This document shows positions 28,199 through 35,997 of a stretch of 50,897 bases of DNA, piece after piece. The notes under the pieces were generated by a model. That model was not told the origin of the DNA. It did not search any database and saw only the letters and a list, made by a program, of their open reading frames with translations. Source of the stretch: a virus (Duplodnaviria > Caudoviricetes); IMG/VR virus record IMGVR_UViG_3300027811_000006, positions 1-50,897 of that record. One strand, 5' to 3'. The stretch's first letter is position 1, and the number at the start of each line of letters is the position of its first letter. Both the position numbers and the translations under genes were made by a program.

Positions 28199-29034
28199 TC
28201 TATTTCTCCAGGGTATCTTTGGCGTGGATGTCCTACACCAGTTTTTACTCGCTGGTATTTGTCAAATTCACAAAGACTGTGTTCTATTTCTCTAAGTTCA
28301 AAAGGCCATTCACATTTAAAGACGTGAGGTTTCAAATAATCTTTAGCAGTATCAAATAGAAGTTTCATTGAAGTTAATTCTGGTAACATTCCTAATCTTC
28401 TAAGACCACGTTCTGCTCCAGGTCCAACATTCGCCCACGTTAATTTATCTAATTCTAAATTCAATGCAAATCGTAGATCACAAACTATTTCGTAAGCTAG
28501 AAAATTGCCAATCATATAATGCTGTTTCAACTTATGAAAAAGAACTTCCATAGAATCAAAATGAGAAAGACCAGCAATAAATGAACGTTGATCCCAGGCC
28601 TTTCTACAAGCACGAAGATATGAAATATATTTATCTTCGAAAGAAACTCCTGCGGTCATCCAAGCTCCAGTGAAGATTTTCTTTTCTTGTTTGAAACATT
28701 CAGTAATATAATTTTCTACTGCTTTATAACACCTCACAAATCCTAGATCACGAGCGTGTTCCCACCAATTGAATAAACGATACCATATTATGTTGAAGAC
28801 AATAAGTTCCGGAGTGGATTTAACTTTTAACATATTCGTTAGCCAGACAGTTCCTGTATCTAACTGACGATAGACATTAGTAAATTTCCATTGTTGAAAA
28901 ATTGGATCGTCGCTCCACGGCTTCTTCATTCCAGTTTTCCTTCGCAGATAAATTTGATGTCGTTCATTTATCCAATATGCGAAATCTTCAAGCGTCACAG
29001 GTCTTATATCATTTTTCATTTCGAAGAGCCTCAT
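28195..29034 (-). CDS. 5-hydroxymethyluracil DNA kinase family protein (aGPT-Pplase1 / helical HhH-like domain)
   Basis: F.YWINERH.IY.RR..G..KPWSDDPIFQ.WKFTNVYR.LD.GT.W, F.AYEIV.DL, NVGPGA.RGL and LREIEHSLCEFDKY.R. Confidence 0.85.
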   Translation of the reverse strand: MRLFEMKNDIRPVTLEDFAYWINERHQIYLRRKTGMKKPWSDDPIFQQWKFTNVYRQLDTGTVWLTNMLKVKSTPELIVFNIIWYRLFNWWEHARDLGFVRCYKAVENYITECFKQEKKIFTGAWMTAGVSFEDKYISYLRACRKAWDQRSFIAGLSHFDSMEVLFHKLKQHYMIGNFLAYEIVCDLRFALNLELDKLTWANVGPGAERGLRRLGMLPELTSMKLLFDTAKDYLKPHVFKCEWPFELREIEHSLCEFDKYQRVKTGVGHPRQRYPGEIE

Positions 29035-29893
29035 AATATCGATTTGAAAATTCTGCAGATTTTTCCCACCTCATCCAAGTTCCTATAACAAGATCTCTGA
29101 AAATTGGATGTAAAATGTCTAATTCGCTAAAGATACCATTTCTCCCCTGTTCTTCCAATATAAGAGCTCTTTTTATTTGATCCTGCCAATCTTCAAGATG
29201 AACCTGCTCAGGGCAGTCTTCAGAAGGAACATTGACGAAGTCTATTTGTTTTGTGTAGTTTTTCTGATAAAGATGCTCGCTACCGGATTGGTGAATATAA
29301 TTCCCATATCTTATTTGTAACATATCAGCAAGAATTCTTTGTAAAGTGGAGAAGCAAAATATGTCATACGGAAGACCGAGCCAAGCATCGTTGGATCGCA
29401 TATTCGTAATGAGATTTAATTCGCCTTCACGAAGTAAGAATTGTAAGGTCAACGTACAAGGAATATCTTTCTTACCTCCGCCGTGTACTGCAATTAGATC
29501 TTCTACTCGATACATTGTCATAATTGCTTGACGAGAATCCGGATCTTTGGAAAGAATATCGTAGATTAAATCTATTTGATGTGGGACAGTCTCCCATCGC
29601 TTCCCGTATGCTCCCCAAGCGTGAACACCATCCTCTGTGTAATTTACATATGAAGGAGCATATTGTTTAATAAGTTCTATGTCATCAGTTCCGCTCAAAT
29701 ACCAGAGCATCTCAGCACAGGCATAAGACATAGAAAATTTTCGAATAGGATTATAAAGTATATTCTTCCATATATCATTCAACCATCCTTGGTATCCCAG
29801 TATTTCTTTCGTCGGCCCAAGACGAGATGGGGTATCTTCGTGTTGCATCAAATCTTGAATAAGTATTGTCCATAGATCGTCTAAATTTTTCAT
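29009..29893 (-). CDS. thymidylate synthase homolog, predicted dCMP hydroxymethylase/methylase
   Basis: Catalytic DIPCT. MRSNDAWLGLPYD has Asp at the position of the dUMP-specifying Asn (GLPFN) of ThyA, as in T4 dCMP hydroxymethylase. Confidence 0.8.
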   Translation of the reverse strand: MKNLDDLWTILIQDLMQHEDTPSRLGPTKEILGYQGWLNDIWKNILYNPIRKFSMSYACAEMLWYLSGTDDIELIKQYAPSYVNYTEDGVHAWGAYGKRWETVPHQIDLIYDILSKDPDSRQAIMTMYRVEDLIAVHGGGKKDIPCTLTLQFLLREGELNLITNMRSNDAWLGLPYDIFCFSTLQRILADMLQIRYGNYIHQSGSEHLYQKNYTKQIDFVNVPSEDCPEQVHLEDWQDQIKRALILEEQGRNGIFSELDILHPIFRDLVIGTWMRWEKSAEFSNRYYEALRNEK

Positions 29894-29905
29894 AATTTGG
29901 TCCTT

Positions 29906-30751
29906 TCAAAAAGAAGGACCCAGATGGGTCCTTCCGGAGGAGGGTGATGAAAGCTGTTCTACAGTACAATTCTTTGAATCTTTATCTTCTCGCCATCGTA
30001 AGAAACGAGGAAATCGTAACTTATTTTTAGCGAATGAATCATATTCAATTTCCATCACTCGATCTTTGAGATCATCTAAATTGCAAGACGCACGGAACTC
30101 TTTAGAATATCCTCCACCTACATCTGCAATAATTTTGATTTTATCTCCATTATAAATTCCAACAGTACAAGATTGCAACTCACCGAAGTTATTAGCACTG
30201 AAGGATTTCTTCGCGACAATGACAAAAGCATCGAGAGTTCTTATTGGTTTGAGTTTATACCAATTTTTCAAGTGAGATTTCTTAAGAACCCATCCTTCGA
30301 GTCCTTCTAAAACTGCCGTCTGTAAAAGCATCTCCGTATCCACCTCTTTTACTAATTTTGTAGGAGCGAAAGGAATACCCGCCGATTCGATAATCGTTTG
30401 TACTTCAAGAAGATCTCTATTCCATAAATTCTTAGTCTTAAAAATGGGAGCGGCAAAGATTCTCAACTGCAAAAATTTACTTCTTTGCTTCAGCAGAGTA
30501 GGAACATCTGTTGCCGCTCCTTGGGAGAAAAGTTCACCAAATAGAATTGAATGTTCTGGAATGAGTGAAATTATCTTTGCAACTTCTGAGCAAGAATAAA
30601 GTTTCTCAGTTATATCTTTATCATTCTTAGTAAGAATAGTGACCTTTTCTGCTTTATAAATCTTCGCAAGGTGACCATCGTACTTTGGTTGAAGAAAATT
30701 TACTTCTTGTCCGTGGTAATCTTTGATGTTTGGAAATTCTATGAGAAACAT
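29906..30751 (-). CDS. ATP-dependent DNA ligase
   Basis: QPKYDGH (KxDG), EGWVLK, WYKLKP and LRFPRF.RWREDK. Confidence 0.88.
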   Translation of the reverse strand: MFLIEFPNIKDYHGQEVNFLQPKYDGHLAKIYKAEKVTILTKNDKDITEKLYSCSEVAKIISLIPEHSILFGELFSQGAATDVPTLLKQRSKFLQLRIFAAPIFKTKNLWNRDLLEVQTIIESAGIPFAPTKLVKEVDTEMLLQTAVLEGLEGWVLKKSHLKNWYKLKPIRTLDAFVIVAKKSFSANNFGELQSCTVGIYNGDKIKIIADVGGGYSKEFRASCNLDDLKDRVMEIEYDSFAKNKLRFPRFLRWREDKDSKNCTVEQLSSPSSGRTHLGPSF

Positions 30752-30811
30752 AAAACAGCCTCTTCGGGTTTTGAGTAGGATAAAATATTCCTACCCGCTC
30801 AAATCCTAAAT

Positions 30812-30874
30812 ATGGCTGTCTCATCGGTGTCGCTCCGCCACGAACGACAGATCGCCCCGAAAGGCGATTTCGAC
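30812..30874 (-). ncRNA. type II hammerhead ribozyme (core variant CCGAUGA)
   Basis: GUC GAAA UCGCCU-UUCG-GGGCGA UC^ UGUCGUUC-GUGGCG-GAGCGACA CCGAUGA GAC AGCCAU; loop I GUGGC can pair with the 3' GCCAU (pseudoknot). Confidence 0.85.
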
Positions 30875-30878
30875 TTTG

Positions 30879-31214
30879 TCATCTTTTTCTTAACTCAGCT
30901 TCCATTCTTGCTATCTTCATTCTAAGTAGTTTCGTGCGTTTTTTCACGTTTTCGATGTTAGAAGTTCCTTTCCGTAAAGTATCAAGCTCTTTAATCATTA
31001 AGATTTTATGAGCTTGATATTCACGAAGTCTTGCAGGGGCTTCTTTATGGCTCGCAATAAGTTCTGCTCGTTTTTGCTGTGTGACCAAAATTTCTTTATC
31101 TATTTCTGCAAGTCTATTATCGAAGTCTCGGAGAAGACCTTGTTTTGAAATGATAAGGCAAGTATCAATCTTTATCATTTCTTTTGTACTGGTTATCTTT
31201 TCTTTGTCCGTCAT
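30879..31214 (-). CDS. small basic coiled-coil protein (ribozyme-flanked unit 3)
   Basis: AGGAG RBS; C-terminal KIARMEAEL motif shared with the two upstream ORFs. Confidence 0.75.
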   Translation of the reverse strand: MTDKEKITSTKEMIKIDTCLIISKQGLLRDFDNRLAEIDKEILVTQQKRAELIASHKEAPARLREYQAHKILMIKELDTLRKGTSNIENVKKRTKLLRMKIARMEAELRKR

Positions 31215-31235
31215 AACTTTTCTCCTTACTAAAAT

Positions 31236-31298
31236 TGGCTGTCATCATCAGTACTGATCCACCACGATCAGCAGATCGCCCCGAAGGGCGATTTCGAC
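31236..31298 (-). ncRNA. type II hammerhead ribozyme
   Basis: GUC GAAA UCGCCC-UUCG-GGGCGA UC^ UGCUGAUC-GUGGUG-GAUCAGUA CUGAUGA U GAC AGCCA; one extra U after A9; pseudoknot UGGU/GCCA. Confidence 0.88.
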
Positions 31299-31595
31299 TT
31301 ACTCGATGCTATTCAGGTACTTTTGAATTTTTTCGAGTTGAGCTTTCGCTCTTGCAATTTTCGCAGCCTTCCGTTCCTCCTTAACGGAATTCTTTGCTGT
31401 CTGCGAAACAAGGTTCTCAATAGTTTTCTGTATCTCATTAGTAATTTTGATGAGACGCTGACAGACTTTGTCAATCTGTGGAGCGAACCTTTCTTTTAGA
31501 TCCGAAGGAATTTTGACATTCTTCAAATCTGTGACCACGTTTCTGAATTCTGAAACAACCTCAACTTCAACTGTCTTAACATTTTTCTTTGCCAT
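31299..31595 (-). CDS. small basic coiled-coil protein (ribozyme-flanked unit 2)
   Basis: AGGAG RBS; MAKKNV start; KAAKIARAKAQL motif. Confidence 0.8.
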   Translation of the reverse strand: MAKKNVKTVEVEVVSEFRNVVTDLKNVKIPSDLKERFAPQIDKVCQRLIKITNEIQKTIENLVSQTAKNSVKEERKAAKIARAKAQLEKIQKYLNSIE

Positions 31596-31628
31596 TTTAA
31601 GATCTCCTATAAACGGCGTTGATAATCT

Positions 31629-31689
31629 TGGCTTCTCATCAGTATTGATCCGCCACGATCAATAAATCGCCCCGAAGGGCGATTTCGAT
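31629..31689 (-). ncRNA. type II hammerhead ribozyme
   Basis: AUC GAAA UCGCCC-UUCG-GGGCGA UU^ UAUUGAUC-GUGGCG-GAUCAAUA CUGAUGA GA AGCCA; canonical core, short stem II, pseudoknot UGGC/GCCA. Confidence 0.88.
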
Positions 31690-32139
31690 TTACAGGTTCT
31701 CGACATCGATCCCTTCCGATGTGAGTTGCTGTTCCAGAACAGCGAGCTGTTCTCGCATCCGGGCGACTTTTGCAGCTTTCTTGCGAGTAACTTCGTCGCC
31801 GAACTTGCGGATTCTCTCAGCCTTCTTTTCCTTGTCATCAGCGAGAGCGATCAAACGATTTCCCTTTTCTCGAGCAACGAATGCCTGACAGTCCAAATAC
31901 GTTGCGATATCTGCAAAATCCCCTTTCTTGAGAGGATTATACTTTCGCGTATCGAAACCTTCATAAAGGATTTTACCATCCTTTTCGATAGTTTTCGGCA
32001 CAGCAATAAGCAGACCGTCTTTGTTGACCGCAGAAACGAGCTTGTCGTTCTCATCGATAAACTTTGCGGCTTTCACAGGGAAATCGATTCCCCCCTTCTT
32101 CACGTCCTTCTGTTCTTTTTGTCCAACTTTCTTAGCCAT
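31690..32139 (-). CDS. small basic protein (ribozyme-flanked unit 1)
   Basis: AGGAGG RBS; MAKKVG start; KAAKVARMREQL motif. Confidence 0.8.
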   Translation of the reverse strand: MAKKVGQKEQKDVKKGGIDFPVKAAKFIDENDKLVSAVNKDGLLIAVPKTIEKDGKILYEGFDTRKYNPLKKGDFADIATYLDCQAFVAREKGNRLIALADDKEKKAERIRKFGDEVTRKKAAKVARMREQLAVLEQQLTSEGIDVENL

Positions 32140-32214
32140 TTTAGGCCTCCTTTGAAATTAGCCAACGATTGTCGGCGGTTGATAATGGTAATCATCCTCA
32201 GAGCCGTTCCAAAA

Positions 32215-32261
32215 CGCTCTGTGTAGGATTCGAACCTACTAAATCCAATCTAATCAGAGCG
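32215..32261 (-). ncRNA. tRNA-like mini-element (acceptor-like stem plus T-arm, no anticodon arm)
   Basis: CGCUCUG-AUUAGAUUGGAUUUA-GUAGG UUCGAAU CCUAC-A-CAGAGCG. Confidence 0.55.
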
Positions 32262-32444
32262 GGTGACATACTTTCGTGTTCTCGAAGGCCATCGCCATCT
32301 CGAGTATCAGGCTTTTATTCAACCCCAGCTTTCCTGTTATCACGTTTCCTCCCCGTGGAGTGCCAGAAGAACAGTTCTGTTGGCATTTACCAAGCTACTG
32401 CCAGAGCTCCATATTATGAACTTGTCAAATTACAAACTGATTAT

Positions 32445-32472
32445 ATTATAGCAAGTCCTCTAAATAACACAA
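32445..32472 (-). promoter_or_regulatory. sigma70-type promoter with extended -10
   Basis: TTGTGT-N16-TATAAT with TGn extension (TGCTATAAT), in the intergenic region upstream of the ribozyme cassette. Confidence 0.6.
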
Positions 32473-32538
32473 ATAAATTCCACCCTATTTTAGAAATTAT
32501 TTCCCGCGAATCTAGGATGATTTCGCGGTTTATTATAA

Positions 32539-34524
32539 CTATTTTAACTTTCCCGCTATAAACCGCCCATCAGCGTCTTTTATAACTACCTTTCCAGATG
32601 CTTCTGCCCAGTTCTTAGAACTAAGACCAAGACTCGTTATCATAGGCACACGAAATTTCATTGTTGTTGTCTGTAAGGTATCTACAATAAACTTATGAAG
32701 CTTCTCATCGTAAAGCATTTCTAAAGGAACTTCATCCAAGTTTTCATCGTGTACGTTACTTGAAATAAATAGATTCCAATTTCTGCTTTCTGAATTATAT
32801 CTGGGGGATAGAGCTACTAATCGTTCTTTCATAACGTCAGCAGCACAAGATTGAATAATTCGGTTGAATGCCTTATATGAATATTCAGCAGGGATATAAC
32901 CACGTCGACCATAAGCATTGAAGATAAACCCTCTTAACTTGCACATCGTTGTGGCTCGTCTTGAAGTTTCTTTAATACCTGGAAGTCTTTCGTGGTACGA
33001 TTCATAAGCATCTTCGGCGAATTTCGCACACATTTCTTTGAATTTCTTAGCTTTCAAAGCAGAATCTAACTTACCAGACTCTATTAAAATTTGAAGTCGT
33101 TCACTTACTAATTTGATAATATGTTCATTCGCCATTAATCCAGCAGTTACTCTTTTCTTTCCTGCTCCGAATGCCATTCCAAAGTTGAGTTGTTTTGCAG
33201 AATCTCGATCTATGTTCTGTAAAAGTTCCGCAACCCATTGATGAAAGTCTGTATCTGGATTTTCATTATAGGCTTTTATAGCATCTGCATCGTTGATATA
33301 GTGAACGATGAGTCGATATTCAATTTGGCTATAATCGTTAGAAATAAAACCGAAACCTAAGTGAGGATATATAAGAGTCTTAGATCTACTATTTTGTTGC
33401 TGAGAATTTGGTCTGCTACAAGACAATCGTCCACTACGAACACATTGATTATAGTTAGGATGCAAAATTCCATCAACATTCAAACTTAAGAAAGTATCTA
33501 AATATAAACTTTTGAAAGTAGATTCTGTTCGATAATCACAGATATCAGATACCACTTTCAATATTTTTAGATCTCCTGTAACGAGAGGATGAGCTTTGTA
33601 TAATAACATCGCATCTTTATCAAATGTCGGACGTCCAGTATCAAACCATCTACCATCTTCTTCTCTTTCTTGAATAGTAGCTAAGATAGGAAGCCCGAAT
33701 TGATTTACAAGAATATCATAAATACAATCGTTCGAATTTGTAAATTCTTGTCCAGTTTCTATTCCAATCTTAGTAGATAGTTCAATCATTCTACGAAGAG
33801 ACCTTATGGATTCTAATTTACATTCAGTTTCATCTATTCTTATACCTCTTCTTTCCATATCGTATAAAACAGGAGTCAATTTTATTTCGGTTTCCCAAAG
33901 ACCTGTCAATTCAGCAGGGCGTTCCTTTTGCAAATATCTGTAAAGAACACGATTCATTCTGATGTCATCACAACAATAATTTCCAAGAATATCTATGGGA
34001 ACATCTGCATAAGATTTAGATTTAATGCTTTCTAAATACGCAGTAACTCTGGATGAAGCTCCAGTATCAATTCCTAATAGAGATGCACAAAGAGGCTTTA
34101 AAGAATAAGTTTGATAATCGCTATTATGTAAGCGAGTTAATACTACAGTATCTATTAATCTACATTTGAATTCTACACCATCAGCAAGGAAAAATAAAGC
34201 GTCAAATTTCACATTGTGATTGATCCAATCTTCAGCAGTAAAAAGAATATCTTGAATCCATTGCATTACAGATTCAAGTGGTAGATTATTTGATCCTGGA
34301 GCAGTATGACGAACTGGAACATACCAAGTCTCTTTCAGATTATCAGCAGTTATACTAAATCCACAGATCCTATCTCCTTTCCAAGGATAGAGACCTCCAA
34401 GTTCTTTATGATCGAAGACCCGCTTACTTTCTATGTCTACAAAGACTTCTTTACTATACTGCAAATTAGGCAGGTCTTCGATCTTTTCTACTATTCGTTT
34501 ATTGTCTTGTAGAATAATCATCAA
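32539..34524 (-). CDS. polA: family A DNA polymerase with 3'-5' exonuclease
   Basis: Exonuclease DIES, HNVKFD and YCCDD; SGRLSCSRPN.Q; motif A DYSQIEYRL; motif B R..AKQLNFGMAFG; IIQSCAAD; motif C NVHDE. Confidence 0.95.
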   Translation of the reverse strand: MMIILQDNKRIVEKIEDLPNLQYSKEVFVDIESKRVFDHKELGGLYPWKGDRICGFSITADNLKETWYVPVRHTAPGSNNLPLESVMQWIQDILFTAEDWINHNVKFDALFFLADGVEFKCRLIDTVVLTRLHNSDYQTYSLKPLCASLLGIDTGASSRVTAYLESIKSKSYADVPIDILGNYCCDDIRMNRVLYRYLQKERPAELTGLWETEIKLTPVLYDMERRGIRIDETECKLESIRSLRRMIELSTKIGIETGQEFTNSNDCIYDILVNQFGLPILATIQEREEDGRWFDTGRPTFDKDAMLLYKAHPLVTGDLKILKVVSDICDYRTESTFKSLYLDTFLSLNVDGILHPNYNQCVRSGRLSCSRPNSQQQNSRSKTLIYPHLGFGFISNDYSQIEYRLIVHYINDADAIKAYNENPDTDFHQWVAELLQNIDRDSAKQLNFGMAFGAGKKRVTAGLMANEHIIKLVSERLQILIESGKLDSALKAKKFKEMCAKFAEDAYESYHERLPGIKETSRRATTMCKLRGFIFNAYGRRGYIPAEYSYKAFNRIIQSCAADVMKERLVALSPRYNSESRNWNLFISSNVHDENLDEVPLEMLYDEKLHKFIVDTLQTTTMKFRVPMITSLGLSSKNWAEASGKVVIKDADGRFIAGKLK

Positions 34525-34984
34525 AAAACTTTCGTAGTAGTTCTTCAGTTATTTCATTTCGTGTCCACACATTTAGAACATTTCGCAGAATAATATCTGC
34601 CCTTGCCCAATGAGGAGCCCAAATTTCGTATGTGACTGCATCTATGAAATTTGATTCGATGATAAGATTCGCACAAGGAGTGCACGAACTATAAGTAGTC
34701 AATAGAATTGTTGGACAATCGTTCTCATAGCACGATTTTAGATGGGAAAGAATGGCTCGTGGTTCAGCGTGACTACATCCACAGTTTCCAATTTCGTTTG
34801 TGCATTTATTATTTGGATGACTCGGTCCATTGATCGCGTGTGTGCTAAAAATAGTACCATCATTTAAGAATGTGAGAATTGCACATCCACAGGCTTTTCG
34901 AAGGCAAATTTGATTCTTTTCAGCCTCTTGTTTGATAGTGTTAAAATGTTCATCTATTACTGTTTTGCAGAATTTCAAGTCCAT
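34499..34984 (-). CDS. dCMP deaminase family protein
   Basis: CLRKACGCAI, NG, HAE and SCTPCANLII zinc-deaminase motifs. Confidence 0.85.
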   Translation of the reverse strand: MDLKFCKTVIDEHFNTIKQEAEKNQICLRKACGCAILTFLNDGTIFSTHAINGPSHPNNKCTNEIGNCGCSHAEPRAILSHLKSCYENDCPTILLTTYSSCTPCANLIIESNFIDAVTYEIWAPHWARADIILRNVLNVWTRNEITEELLRKFFDDYSTRQ

Positions 34985-35528
34985 TGTAGTACTCCTTTCG
35001 GCGTTGAAGCCATTTTTCTGTTAATTCGTTTATAAGATACTGATTCATATATTGTTCTTCACCTTTTGAATCATACAAATCCCAACTAAAATCTATGATG
35101 ACTTTCTTATTATAATGAACTAATTCATAGAATCGTTTATTAGCTTCTTCTAATATTGGAACTTTTAATAAATTTCCACGTGGATCATTTTTAATACGTA
35201 TTTTATATTTTTGAAAATTTCCAGCATACATTAAAATTATGAATCCACCGTGACTATAAATCCATCCTTCTATGATACGTAATTGATTCGCTGTCATTAC
35301 ATTATCGTGGTATGCAAGAGCTCCTAAATGAAAGCGATCTTGGATCACACTCGGTTCTATCATAGGAAAATAATCTGTGTAGAAATCAAATGTAGCATCT
35401 GGTCTTCCAAGATGTCGTATAGTTGCGACTTCACCTAATTCTTGTATTCTTTTAAGAATACTATTCGCTAATGTTGTCTTTCCCAGACAATCCGAACCTT
35501 CTATTATAAGCATTTTTATATTCCTCAA
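34950..35528 (-). CDS. dNMP (thymidylate-like) kinase
   Basis: IIEGSDCLGKTT P-loop and IQDRFH..ALAY. Confidence 0.85.
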   Translation of the reverse strand: MRNIKMLIIEGSDCLGKTTLANSILKRIQELGEVATIRHLGRPDATFDFYTDYFPMIEPSVIQDRFHLGALAYHDNVMTANQLRIIEGWIYSHGGFIILMYAGNFQKYKIRIKNDPRGNLLKVPILEEANKRFYELVHYNKKVIIDFSWDLYDSKGEEQYMNQYLINELTEKWLQRRKEYYNGLEILQNSNR

Positions 35529-35997
35529 TTTGTCTTAATCTACCTTCTGCTATTGCCTTTCCTATATTTGGGGGAGTCCAATTCTTTCCCTTATATTTTC
35601 GTCTATCTTTACTCTTAAAATCTTTAGTTAAATTAGTGCGATGAACTTCGTCAAATACTTCTTTGGAAGGAATGAAATAGACCACTTGCATTCCAAACGT
35701 CACATAGAGCAAATCCGTTGTAGCATCTGCAAGAGATTCTAAATCTCCGATCATTAAGGCTTCGGTAATCTCTTCTACCTCATCAAGAATAAGATGTAAG
35801 CGATACAGAGTAGGTTCTTTGTAATCAACTAAGTTTGATTTTGACCATTTCAAACTTTTCTTATTATAAAATGAAAGACAACATTTTATAGTCCAAAGTA
35901 GAAATCTGATCCATCTACAAGGACGTTTTAGAGAGATCCGATAGGGGATACCGTTCTTAAAATGAAAGTCAAATACTGAATCTTGATAGTCCTTCAA
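35461..35997 (-). CDS. MazG-like / all-alpha NTP pyrophosphohydrolase (candidate dCTPase/dUTPase)
   Basis: V.DFH; RL.LI.DE.EE..EA....DL..LADA..DLLYVT.G; F.EVH.TN.TK; K...W.PP. Confidence 0.85.
   Translation of the reverse strand: MKDYQDSVFDFHFKNGIPYRISLKRPCRWIRFLLWTIKCCLSFYNKKSLKWSKSNLVDYKEPTLYRLHLILDEVEEITEALMIGDLESLADATTDLLYVTFGMQVVYFIPSKEVFDEVHRTNLTKDFKSKDRRKYKGKNWTPPNIGKAIAEGRLRQIEEYKNAYNRRFGLSGKDNISE

Noticed and set aside
30812-31689. CRISPR-like or simple terminator repeats
   Set aside because: The spacers are whole genes and the repeats carry hammerhead core motifs with no U-tract, so ribozymes explain them better
32215-32410. tmRNA or a standard tRNA gene
   Set aside because: No anticodon arm, no G3-U70 alanine acceptor or GGGG...UCCACCA ends, too short for tmRNA, and the putative tag frame does not end in an AA-type degron; kept only as a tRNA-like element
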